The notes beneath the pieces are model-generated. The model made no database searches. It was not told where the DNA came from and worked only from the letters and a program-made list of their open reading frames with translations. This document shows, one piece after another, positions 12,085-24,010 of a stretch of 64,000 nucleotides of DNA. The DNA is taken from the NCBI GenBank assembly GCA_030264375.1, contig JASCQW010000081.1, forward strand, positions 93,929,814 through 93,993,813. The letters are read 5' to 3'. The first letter of the stretch is position 1. Each line of letters opens with the position of its first letter. This DNA is from Carcharhinus longimanus. Lineage: Eukaryota. A program made the position numbers and the translations under genes.

Positions 12085-13060
12085 TCGAACATAGAAAATA
12101 GAAGCAGGGGTAGGAGATTCAGCCCTTCGACTCTTCTCCATCATTCATTTTTATCATGGCAAATCATCGAATTAATTATCCCGATCTTCCATTTCATCCA
12201 TGTATCTTGATCGTTTTTGCTCCAAGAGCTATGACGAATTTGTCTTTGAGATCAGGCCACATTTTTGCCTAATAAAATTCTATGGTGTTGAATTTCACAC
12301 ATTCACCACTCTCTGGGTGAAGGAATTTCACCTTACTTCAGATGCAAAAACTTTACTGATTATCCTCCATCTATGATCACTACTTCTGACTCCACTCCAT
12401 TAGGAACTTGTTGTCTGAATTTACCATGCCTAATAATATCAGAATTCTATAAGTTTTTATGAGATCTCTCTCACTCTTCTAAACTCCAGTGAATATAATC
12501 AAAAGCAATTTAGCCTCTTCTCACATGACAGACCTTCCAACCCAGGAATCAGCTTTGCAAAACTTTGCTATGCTTCCCTTATAGCAAGCTTATCCTTCCT
12601 CAGACAAGAACACCAAAACTACACATAAAACTCCAGGTTTGGCCTCAGCTATACAAATGCAGCAAAAACATCCCAATTCCTATATTGAAGTCATCCCGTC
12701 ATGATGGCCAACACGCCAGCTAATTTCTTTACTGCCTGTTGTACCTGCCTGCTTACTTTCAACGACTGATGCATGTGGAATCCAGTATCTCTTGGTATCC
12801 ATCCCTCTCATTTTACACCCGTTCAAGTGATAATCAGTTTCCCTCTGCTTTCTACCAAAGTGGACTTTTGCACATTTATCCACATTATACTGCATCTGCC
12901 ATGTTAATGCCCACATACTCAGCCTGTCCAAATCAGGCTTAAGCATTTCTACATCCCTCGCACAGCTCATCCTCCCACCCAACTTTGAGTCATTTGGAAA
13001 TTTGGAGAAAACATTTCCCAATTCTCACTCCCAGATCATTAATATATAATGAATAGACTC
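12085..13060 (-). mobile_element. CR1 LINE, 3' half (split copy; continues at 16183-16738)
   Basis: Reverse reading LFIIYINDL then SKFPNDSKLGG...DLDRLSMWALTWQMQYNVDKC..VHFGRK (ORF 12680-13021); tail catagaaaatagaagcaggggtagg at ~12090. Confidence 0.92.
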
Positions 13061-13074
13061 AAAAAATGTCAGGA

Positions 13075-16000
13075 AAAAGCCTGATATAGCCATTCTCACA
13101 GGATAATACTTTACAGATAATTTACCATTGAGAATCCTCACCATCATTGGATATGTGTGTCCCACCGGCAGGGCAGACCCAGTAAAACTGGTGGCATAGT
13201 AGTATGCAGTCGGGACTGAGTTGTCCTGGTAGTCCTTTTGCTTTGGATAAAGTCTCATGGCTGCAGGTTAAACACGGGCAAGGAAATCTCTCATTGGTTA
13301 TCAAGTACGGTCCCCTTTTGGCTGATGAATCAATATTCCACCATGTTGAACAACACTTGAATTAAGCACTTTGGGTGGGAAGGGTGCAAATTGTACTCTG
13401 GGTGGGAGATTTCAATGTCCAAGAAGAGTGGCTTGGTAGCAGCACTACTGATCGAGCTGATCGGGTTCTGAAGCGTACAACTGTTAGACTGGGTCAGCAG
13501 CAGGCTGTGAAGGAATGAACAAGAGGAAAAACACACTTGACCTCATTCTTACCAATCTGCCGGCTACAGATGCATCTGTCCATGATAATATCGGTAAGTG
13601 TGACCACAGCACAGTTCATGTGCGGACGAAGTCCCACCAACACATTGAGAATAACCTTCATTGTGTTGAGTGGCATTATAAAGGTATTCAACGGGAGCGA
13701 ATTGAAACAGATCTACAAACTCAAAACTGGGTATCTAGAGGCGATGTGGGGCATGCACAGTAGCGGAACTGTATTCCAGTACAATCTGCAAACTTACGGT
13801 CCGACATATTTCTCACTCAACCATTACAATCAAGTCAGGGGATCAGCTCTGAATCAATGGAGTCTGCAGGAGGGCATGTCAGGAGCAGCACTAGGTCTAT
13901 GTGAAAATGAGGTGTCAACCAGGTGAAGATACGAAAGAAAACTACCTGCACTCCAAACGACAAAAATCAGCAAGTGATATACAGGGATTAGCTATCTCAA
14001 AACCACGGAGCAGATCTTAGTATCGCAGTCCTTCCATCCAGTCGTCAATGGTGGTGGACAACTAAAACATTCAAATTTATGCATCCCCAACGATGGACGA
14101 GGTCAGCACATATATAGAAAAGATAAGGCTGAAGCACTCGCAACAATCTTCAACCAGAAGTGCCAAGTGGATGATCCAACTCGGCGTCCTCCAGTGATAC
14201 CCAACGGCTCAGAAGTCAGTCTCCAGCCAATTCGATTCACTCCACAGGATACGAAGAAACGTTTGGAGGCACTGGTTACTGCAGAAGCAATGGGTCCTGA
14301 TAATATTCTGGAATCTGTAGTCAAGACTTGTACTCCAGAACTTGATGTCCCCATGGCCAAGCACTTTGACTACAATTGTAACACTGGCTTCAGACCAACA
14401 ATGTAGACAATTTCGCAGGTATGTCCTGCACACAAGAAGCAGGAGAAATCCAACCAAGCCAATTACCGGCCAATCCATCTATTTCCGATCGTCAGTAAAG
14501 TGATGGAAGGGATCATCAACAATGCTATCAAGCAGCACCTGCTCAGTGACGGCCAGTTTGGGTTTTGCCATGGCCGCTCAGGTCTTGGTCTCATTACAGC
14601 TTTGGATGAAATATTGACAAAATAACTGAATTCCAGAGATGATATGAGAGTGATAGAACTTTACATCAGGACCGCACTCGAACGAATGTGGTATCTCGGA
14701 GCCCTCGTAAAAGTGGAATCAATGGCTATGAGTGGACAAACACTCCACTTGTTGATACCATACCTGGTACATGGAAAGATGGTTGTGGTTGTGGAAAGTC
14801 AGTCATCTCAGCTCCAGGAATTTTCTGTAGGAGTCCTTCAGGGTAGTGTCTCCGGTCCAACAATCTTCGGTTGCTTCATCAAAGACCTTCCCTCCATCAT
14901 AACGTCCGAAGTGCGGATGCTTATGGGATGGTTGTGTAATGTTTGGCGTCATTAGAAACTCCTCAGATAATGAAACAATCCATGTCCACATGCAACAATT
15001 CTGACAAAATCCAGTCTTGGACTGACGTGTGGAATATATAACATTCGCACCACACAAATGCCACGCAATTACCATCATCGGTAAGGGGCATTCTAACCAC
15101 CCCTCCCCCCTGACATTGAATTATGTGACCTTCACTGAAAACCCCACTGTCAACATCCTTTGGGTTACCATTGAACAGAATTATCTCTGGAATTCTCTGC
15201 CCATTGATGTGATGGAGGCTACCTCGTTGAATGTACTTAAGTCATGGGTAGATAGGTTTCTGATAGACAAGGGAATTAAGGGTTATGGGGAGAAAGCGGG
15301 AAAGTGGAACTGANNNNNNNNNNNNNNNNNNNNNNNNNNNNNNNNNNNNNNNNNNNNNNNNNNNNNNNNNNNNNNNNNNNNNNNNNNNNNNNNNNNNNNN
15401 NNNNNNNNNNNNNAGGGAATTAAGGGTTATGGGGAGAAAGCGGGAAAGTGGAACTGATTCACTTCAGATCAGCCATGATCTTATTGAATGACGCGGCAGG
15501 ATCGAAGGGCTAGATGGCCTACCCCTGCTCCTATTTCTTATGTTCTTAGAAAATCAACTAGACAAAAATCCAGTGGCTAACAAATCAGATAAGATCGAGG
15601 AATACTTTGGTGAGTAACTCATCTCCTGCCTCCGCAAAGTCTATCCACCATCTACATACAACAAGTCAAAATAGATATTCCTCACATGCCCAGATGGTTA
15701 CAGCTCCAACAAGCGCTCAAGAAGCTTCACACCATTCAGAATAAAACAGCCCACTTGATTGACACTATATCTACAAACAACAACTCCCTCCACCACCGGC
15801 GCACAATAGCAGCATTGTGTACTATCTACCAGATTCACAGCAGCAATTCACCAAAGATCCTTCGACAGCATCTTCCGAACCCACGAGACCTTCCACCCTG
15901 AAGGTCAAGGGCAGCAGATACATGAGTGCAGCACCATCTGCAGGTTTCCCTCGAACCCACTCACTGTCTGGACTTGGAATTATATCGCCGTGCCTTCACA

Positions 16001-16170
16001 GTCACTAAGACAATGTGAAGTTACTCCCATAACGGTACTCTAAGTCACCCCACAGCACGTGAACTGCAGCGATTCAAGGAGGCAGTTCACCATCACTTTC
16101 TCAAGGGCAATTAGCGATGGTCAATAAATGCTGGCCAGCCAATTACGCCCATTTCCCATGAATGGCTAAA
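13075..16170 (+). mobile_element. Long decayed non-LTR retrotransposon (CR1/Jockey-group APE endonuclease plus RT), inserted antisense into a CR1
   Basis: Endonuclease motifs NTLDLILTNL...IGKCDHSTV; RT motifs AMGPDNI, NYRPI, GVLQGSVSGPTIFGCFIKDLPS; C-terminal LHHRRTIAALCTIY; tail aagggcaattagcgatggtcaataaatgctggcc; multiple stops and frameshifts. Confidence 0.92.
15181..15548 (+). mobile_element. Young CR1 3' fragment nested in the LINE above
   Basis: LWNSLPIDVMEATSLNVLKSWVDRFLIDKGIKGYGEKAGKW and tail gatggcctacccctgctcctatttcttatgttctt; the host LINE resumes immediately after. Confidence 0.9.
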
Positions 16171-16182
16171 AAATAACATTTA

Positions 16183-16738
16183 ACATCCTAGCACAGACCT
16201 CTGTTGGACCCCACTGGTTGCTGTCGAAAAGAAAAGGACTCATAATGCCAAGTCTTCGCATACTATCTGCTGACCAGATTTCTATCGATCTGAAGGCATT
16301 GCGTGCAATTCCATGGGCTTTAAATTTGCATTGTGGCCTGCTGTGTGGGAACTTGTTCAAAGACTTCTGAAATTCCAAATAAACAAAGTCCACTGATTCT
16401 CCTCCATCAACGTTATTAAGTCCACGTGCATAGAATTCCAATGCATTCGCCAAGCAACATTTCCTTTTTTCAATCCATGTTGACTTTGCGTGATTAGCCC
16501 ACTGTCTTCCAAATTCTGAGTCATGAAATCATTGATAAGGTACGTAAGCGACTTCCCCTGCATCAACGTTCGGCTCATTGGTAAAGAGTTCCTTGTTTTC
16601 TCCCTAACTCACTTTATGAATAGCGGTCTTACATTATCTTCCCTCCAATCTGTACTAACCATAGCAGAGTCCAAAGAAATATGGATAATATTTACCAAAG
16701 GATCGATTATTTGCTGGTCCACTTCCTTAAGTGTTCTT
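16183..16738 (-). mobile_element. CR1 LINE, upstream RT part of the split copy
   Basis: Reverse ORFs SQHG, VDFVYLEFQKSLNKFPH, FKAHGI, IDPLVNII..DWREDNVRPLFIK; ends at SGVxQxSVLG. Confidence 0.9.
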
Positions 16739-16739
16739 T

Positions 16740-17287
16740 TGATTTGATTTACTATTGTCAAATGTATTCGTATACAGTGAAACACATTGCTTATTGCGTG
16801 CTTTTCAGAGAAAGTATGCCGTTCATAGAAAAGGAAACGAGAGTTTGCAGAATGTAGTGTTACAGCCATAGCTAGGTTGTAGAGAAAGGTCAACTTAATG
16901 CAAGTTAGGCTCATTCAACAGTCTGATGGCACGAAGGAAGAATCTGTTCTTGCGTTGGTTGGTTCGAGACCTCAAACTTTTGTATTTTTTTCGGATGAAG
17001 TTGGAAGAAAGAATGTCCGGGACTTCTGTGGTCCTTAATTAGGTTAGCTGTTTTGCAGATGCAACAGGAAGTGTATGAAGAGTCAGTGAATAGTTGATTT
17101 GGGTGCTGGATTGGGATAAATTCAGTTTATATTGCAGTTTATTTTGTTCTTGGGTAGAGTAAGAGCCATACAACCGGAAAGGATGTTTCCATTATGCATC
17201 TGTTAAAGTTGTTGAGAGTCTTAGCTGGCATATCAAATTTCCTGCGTCTTCTGAGAAAGTAGTGGCGTTGGTGAGCTTTCTTAACTG
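16740..17287 (-). mobile_element. Rex1/Babar-type LINE 3' fragment
   Basis: VKKAHQRHYFLRRRRKFDMPAKTLNNFNRCIMET matches Rex KKAQQRLYFLRRLRKF..TL.NFYRCTIES; tail with aaatc repeats. Confidence 0.85.
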
Positions 17288-17720
17288 NNNNNNNNNNNNN
17301 NNNNNNNNNNNNNNNNNNNNNNNNNNNNNNNNNNNNNNNNNNNNNNNNNNNNNNNNNNNNNNNNNNNNNNNNNNNNNNNNNNNNNNNNNNNNNNNNNNNN
17401 NNNNNNNNNNNNNNNNNNNNNNNNNNNNNNNNNNNNNNNNNNNNNNNNNNNNNNNNNNNNNNNNNNNNNNNNNNNNNNNNNNNNNNNNNNNNNNNNNNNN
17501 NNNNNNNNNNNNNNNNNNNNNNNNNNNNNNNNNNNNNNNNNNNNNNNNNNNNNNNNNNNNNNNNNNNNNNNNNNNNNNNNNNNNNNNNNNNNNNNNNNNN
17601 NNNNNNNNNNNNNNNNNNNNNNNNNNNNNNNNNNNNNNNNNNNNNNNNNNNNNNNNNNNNNNNNNNNNNNNNNNNNNNNNNNNNNNNNNNNNNNNNNNNN
17701 NNNNNNNNNNNNNNNNNNNN

Positions 17721-17740
17721 CCCCCCCCCCCCCCCCCCCG

Positions 17741-17795
<55 letters not shown>
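17721..17795. repeat. Poly-C tract adjacent to an N gap
   Basis: Direct observation; length unreliable. Confidence 0.9.
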
Positions 17796-17797
<2 letters not shown>

Positions 17798-17799
17798 AT

Positions 17800-18640
17800 G
17801 TTTTTGCAACAGGGTAATAAGCTGGCAACCCATGGTAACGCTTCTGGAACCATCGTTCGATCTTATCAGGTTTGCACATGAAACCTATATTCAAGGGATA
17901 TTCGAATATTTTGATTAGCATCTAATTATGACGACCATAGTTAAGACGGTTGCATAACATGTATGCAACAGAAGTGCAATCTCGCTGTTCAACGTTGCTA
18001 ATTAATTAGGTTTATTTTCTATCGGATTAAAACTAACTGTCGACATGTTTTACTATTTTGCACAAAAGTCGGAAGTAAATCGTATGATCAGTCATCATAC
18101 TTATTGTTACCATTCTCCACTAGCCAATATGTTTCTCCGCGCTCGTCATGTAGACCTTGTTTACCACACTTTTTATTTTGTTTAATGCTCCATACAATCT
18201 GCTGTTAAGTGTCGCAGTTTTGCACAGATACTTGCATTTCCTTTCGTAATTTTGAAAGTTTGAGTCTCCACTTTCATTATTTCTATTTTTCCTTCGAAAA
18301 TATCGACTTTTGTATTTGTTTCAATATCTGCTTAAATCTCTACCATCACATCATTATTGTCTTTGTATTTCAATTGACGTGTCGCACCACTATAGCTCGA
18401 ATTTTGCTGAGATATTGTCCTCCTTTAACGTCAATGTTTTCTTCGTAGACCTGCACTTCTCTCTCTCAATTGCATGTCGCATTCATTCATATTCAGATTA
18501 GTTAATTGTGCCTTTTTCACAAAATCATTTTCTGTGGACTTTGCTTTCTGGTTGCCGCTAGCATATGCGATTTTAAGAACCTATCATGAATAATACCCAT
18601 CAATTCTCTTTTTTGACAATGTTTGCTCAGCTGTTTTGTT
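17800..18640 (-). mobile_element. Possible ancient RTE-like LINE relic
   Basis: Purine-rich minus strand; fragment LIKIFEYPLNIGF resembles the RTE RT IIEK..EY..PLYI.F; heavily decayed. Confidence 0.3.
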
Positions 18641-18704
18641 TTCAACCTGGTGTGCGGATTGATGGTCCCTTCCCGCGCAAACCCACTTCCCACTCATCCA
18701 ACCC

Positions 18705-18706
<2 letters not shown>

Positions 18707-18738
<32 letters not shown>
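18707..18738. repeat. (CA)n microsatellite
   Basis: About 16 CA units. Confidence 0.95.
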
Positions 18739-18739
<1 letters not shown>

Positions 18740-19043
18740 TTCCTCCTACCAGATGGTGACAACCTTTTTGGGAATGCCCATTAATTTTGATGTTATACCC
18801 AATCGTCCTGGCTTATACAGTTATGGGAGATGTTGATGACGTGGCGGTATTTGTGGGACTGTACATCCATCTCACAAGTGACAAAATGTTTCTTTCCTTG
18901 ATCATTTCCATTTTCAGCATAATGTTGCAAATTAACCTAAGTGGAACGGAGAGACAAGCTTGCAATATTACTTAATTTGCCTCCTTATTTCATAACTGGA
19001 GCACAATTTTACAAATATATAATAAAGCATATTGTTGCCTTAC

Positions 19044-19067
19044 CTGCATTTCTCTGTTGCAGTGAGG
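19044..19067 (-). CDS. Candidate 24-nt phase 1-1 exon, (A)SLQQRNA
   Basis: Acceptor gcattttctttgtttttgcctgatcactag|, donor CAG|gtaagg; TGC lies between the pyrimidine tract and the AG. Confidence 0.3.
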
Positions 19068-19721
19068 CTAGTGATCAGGCAAAAACAAAGAAAATGCAAG
19101 AGGCAATTAATACCAACGTGGTGATATAACGTGAAATAAATTAAATACATTTCTGAAACTGTTAACATAATGGGACCACAGATGTCATTCCTTTTCTGAA
19201 ATTATTATGTGTTACATAAGACGACATATTGCCCAATTTGTTTTGAACCAAAAGGCAGAGCGGTGCTACCAATTCTACACCAAGAGGAGGCCAGCAATTT
19301 CACAATTTCACTCAGTCAGTTACTGTCGTGGTCTTTTCACTGAAGCTAACAAACAAACAATTTACATTTCAGCTAAATCTCAACCATTTCGTCAACATTC
19401 TTAGGCTCAAAATGTCATTCTCCAATATCAAAATTTTCCCGATACTTCCCTTTGCTCACTTTGAAATGCACAAACATTAATTTTAAATCATTGACAAAAC
19501 AGTTGACATTTCACTTACCGTATTGAGTGTTGCGCAGGTTCAGGGTTTTTTTTTGCTCGACGTTCTTGCACTGTCTCTGCATCTCCGACTTCGACGCTAC
19601 TTCTTAGCTGATGATGTATTGTGATGCATTCAATATCCTGCTAGACGAATTTGGATCATTCAAATGTTCGGGATTCCCATGAAATCGTGAATATTTTCGA
19701 CCTCTTCATGGAAGTTGTGAA

Positions 19722-20140
19722 CCACAGATTCACAGAATTTCTACGATGCAGCAGCAGTCCATTTAGCTCGTTGCTTGTGCACAGGTTCACCAAAATAACT
19801 TCATTACTTACTCAAATCACCCTGTATTTGCCACATGCCCCTGCGCATTGTTTCCATTCAAAAAATATTTAATTTTCTATTTAAAGCTCCTTTTGAAACT
19901 GCCTCCACAAGACTTCCACGAAGTGCATTCCAGACCCGAAAAACGTTGAACTCGTTTGCCTTGCTTTGCATTTTCTTTTGGAATTCTGTCCAAAACTATA
20001 CCCTTGTCACTTTGATCTTCATTTTACAGGAGTTGGAATTTCATCCCTTTGGACTTTCTTAATCACGACCATGACTTTAATCATCTATATAAAATCTTCT
20101 CTGACGCGCTTCCCTCCGATGAGAACAGCCCCGGCCTATA
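19722..20140 (-). mobile_element. Decayed CR1 3' fragment
   Basis: cacagaatttctacgatgcagcagcagtccatt...gcctccac...gtgcattccagacc...gagaacagcccc. Confidence 0.7.
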
Positions 20141-23100
20141 NNNNNNNNNNNNNNNNNNNNNNNNNNNNNNNNNNNNNNNNNNNNNNNNNNNNNNNNNNNN
20201 NNNNNNNNNNNNNNNNNNNNNNNNNNNNNNNNNNNNNNNNNNNNNNNNNNNNNNNNNNNNNNNNNNNNNNNNNNNNNNNNNNNNNNNNNNNNNNNNNNNN
20301 NNNNNNNNNNNNNNNNNNNNNNNNNNNNNNNNNNNNNNNNNNNNNNNNNNNNNNNNNNNNNNNNNNNNNNNNNNNNNNNNNNNNNNNNNNNNNNNNNNNN
20401 NNNNNNNNNNNNNNNNNNNNNNNNNNNNNNNNNNNNNNNNNNNNNNNNNNNNNNNNNNNNNNNNNNNNNNNNNNNNNNNNNNNNNNNNNNNNNNNNNNNN
20501 NNNNNNNNNNNNNNNNNNNNNNNNNNNNNNNNNNNNNNNNNNNNNNNNNNNNNNNNNNNNNNNNNNNNNNNNNNNNNNNNNNNNNNNNNNNNNNNNNNNN
20601 NNNNNNNNNNNNNNNNNNNNNNNNNNNNNNNNNNNNNNNNNNNNNNNNNNNNNNNNNNNNNNNNNNNNNNNNNNNNNNNNNNNNNNNNNNNNNNNNNNNN
20701 NNNNNNNNNNNNNNNNNNNNNNNNNNNNNNNNNNNNNNNNNNNNNNNNNNNNNNNNNNNNNNNNNNNNNNNNNNNNNNNNNNNNNNNNNNNNNNNNNNNN
20801 NNNNNNNNNNNNNNNNNNNNNNNNNNNNNNNNNNNNNNNNNNNNNNNNNNNNNNNNNNNNNNNNNNNNNNNNNNNNNNNNNNNNNNNNNNNNNNNNNNNN
20901 NNNNNNNNNNNNNNNNNNNNNNNNNNNNNNNNNNNNNNNNNNNNNNNNNNNNNNNNNNNNNNNNNNNNNNNNNNNNNNNNNNNNNNNNNNNNNNNNNNNN
21001 NNNNNNNNNNNNNNNNNNNNNNNNNNNNNNNNNNNNNNNNNNNNNNNNNNNNNNNNNNNNNNNNNNAGAAAATAAAGCTGTGCCGTTATTGAACTTCACC
21101 CTGAGTCCGTAGTGGTCGTTTCGCCCACTCGCGCTAACACCTGAAAATTTCCTACAAAAAAATAAGTAATCGAACAAAAAGTTTATGAAGAGCTATATTT
21201 CAGAGCCTCTCTGTCCTCCTTTCTGATTCTGAAGATGGACGTTTAAGTTAGTTTAATAGCATTATTTCGTTCATCTGAATTCGTTCATCATGGTCTTACC
21301 AGTAACGTAGCATTTTAGCACTCAGAACAATAGAGTTATCGGCAAAGGGTCACAATTAATGTGTAGTAATTGGATTGATGCATTCACAGATGATGTCAGT
21401 CAACGATTCTTTTTATATATTTTTGTTTTCGTCTCAGTTCTCCGAAGAATTTGCCACAGAACAGGAGGCTTGAAATCGAATTGAAATTAAAAATTGTGCT
21501 AAAAATCATGGAATATTAGAATTATAATAGTTGTCACGAAACAATCAATAGATTTGCAGTGGACATATCTTCTCCTGAGGCCAGTTGAATAGCAAATGAG
21601 GGAAACAGGATATACATATTTAGTTTTACTTTCGTGAATCTCACCCGAAAGCATCAGTTGGTCAGGATCAACGGAATATTGGAAAGTTATAGTTCGTCTA
21701 ACATTCTTAGCTGGTAAGAAGCTCTGTTCATTTCAAGACGATGCACATTTCAATTAAGCTTCGACGGCACCACTATGAATTACAGGCTGAAGAATGAAAT
21801 GGAACGGGAATACTTTCCAGGCCAGAAGTTTTTGATAACGTTTTGCATGCTCATGATATGTGTCCTCCTTCTTTATATTGAGAGACTTACCATCCATAGT
21901 AGATAGAAATAAATGCATTTTGTCAAGATAGAGAGGGAAAACAATCATATAGGATGCCTTTGTGAGAAATATCCTCTCTCTGAAGATGCTGCAGTAGTCA
22001 TTGACAATGAAATCACCTGTAAAAACTCTTTTTTTCCCCCTATGACAGCAGTTTGCTGCCCCATGTGGTAATTATCAAGAAAACGTTGGGTATAGCAGCA
22101 AAGTAACCACCTACCAGTAAACAATAGCGGCATGTAAACAATTCACAAATGTTACTTCCTTTTTCCACCGTCAGATAATCTAACCCTTGACCATGAAGTC
22201 AACACGTTGAAAATGGAATATTAACTACAATAGATTGGTTCACAAAACATTCAGAGAATTGCTATCTGTTGGGACTAAGATGATGGTTTATGAAACTTGC
22301 GTTCTTGATACAGTTTTTTCTATTGATGTGAGTTCGGAGAACTTACAAGTATGAAGAAAGAAATTGCAAGAATTTAAGTCATCGTGAACACATGGAAGTT
22401 CAAAATCACAAAATGCCATTTCGTTCAAGGGGAGCATATTGCCTATATTCTTGCGCATACCGGGAAAGGTATGCTTCGCTGGATCAAGCGTGTGCACAGG
22501 AGAGATTATTTTAAAGGATTTTCTGTATTCCCGCATTAACATTCATAAGCCCAGTGTAATGCCCAAAAATTGTTTTCAAGAATTGTTGCAAATATAGCAT
22601 GTGTGATATCAACGTTGATTTCCACTCATGAGTCGATACTAGACCGCTACAAAAGAACAAGACGGCGTCAGCAAGGGTGTAGCATCGTAGTAAACTTGAC
22701 TACAGCAGCTTAACAACATCTAAACAGCTCCACGTAATAGCACTTGCCGAACATTCAATGGGCAAGCCTTGTCCCAAAATCAGTCTCTCACGACTTGTAA
22801 TATTCAACTGTGAGCAGAACAAAATTGTTTGAAACTCTCCTAGCCTTAATGCATTTGTTGTATGAATCTCAATTTTGTCAGATGGCAAGATATGAAGTGC
22901 TAATTGATGCAGTGCATACGGATGGAGGTGGATTCATCTTCGTCTTCCAGCGTCTGTGGAACAGAATCTCACTTAAACTGTTGCAGATCTTTGCCCTGAA
23001 GCACTGAAAAATGCCTGTGGCATATTCTAAATTAAACACCTCGATTAAATATGCACTTTCCGTCTTCGAGAAGCGCGTTGCACACACAAAAAGAGTTGTT

Positions 23101-23799
23101 CCTATGTTGTTGCCGTTGCTGCTTTTGACAATCAACTCTTTTTCTGGGTCTCCTGTCAACAGGGGGAAGGAAATATATATCTACATTCTTGTCCTGGCCT
23201 GATCCCTCAGAATTGTGAAAAGAGTTTTCAACTTTCTTCTGAACCTCCACTACTCAAAGACATATAATTCAAGCATCGTCCATTAAGTTTTTGCTGTTTC
23301 CATACATACTGACTCAATCTAACAAAGGTTGGATATTACAATAGCAAAAGTAAACAATTACAATTATAGTGGTTCTTGAAAGTTCGCAGTCCGTTACTTG
23401 TTTTTTTTTATTTGCTTTTTCGGACTTGTATCTGGAATTGTATTCCAGATACAATTCGGGAGCAGTATGAAATTAATATTTCAGTCGACATACAACTCAC
23501 CATAAGAGAAAACATAAAATCACGCACAACACTAAGTTTTCAAGTTTTTCTACTGCTTATGGTATCATGTAATACCAAATACATGCTTTAGATCTAAAAA
23601 AAAGTAGGTCATACTGACTGCTTCAAAACAGAGCGGATTTAAGAACAATGAGTAACTGTTTGGTTGATCCTATATTTGCAGACACAACCTCTATTTTTCG
23701 AAGCATTTTCTCACCAACATCAGCAAGGAGTTTCTGAAGTCTGTCGGAGTCTAGTTCCGTGAAAAGAAACAATAACTTTTGCATTAAAAGGTAAATCGT

Positions 23800-24010
23800 T
23801 TGACCAACCGGGAAGAAACAAAAAAAACAATAATATAAGAAAAATTGGATTTTGGCGGGAAAATCTAAGAATTAATAATCATCATGACGCATGGTGAAAC
23901 AAGTAAAGTGGCGAATGTGTGGCGAAACTGTTGAGAGGAATCTGCAAATAATAGAAAATCGATAAGCCACGTTGGAGGCGGGTCGGGAATCGTTTATTGG
24001 CGATTGGATG
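23800..24010. promoter_or_regulatory. Promoter-like motif cluster
   Basis: E2F-type TTTTGGCGGGAAAA (23850-23863), TGACGCA (23885), GC-box-like GAGGCGGGTC (23975), two ATTGG (23996, 24003). Confidence 0.3.

Noticed and set aside
15270-15455. Identical ~44-bp sequence on both sides of a 100-N gap
   Set aside because: Typical unmerged contig overlap, not a biological direct repeat.
17139-21177. Longest ORFs in the track (190-369 aa), including poly-Gly and poly-Pro runs
   Set aside because: They read through N gaps and a poly-C tract; artefacts.
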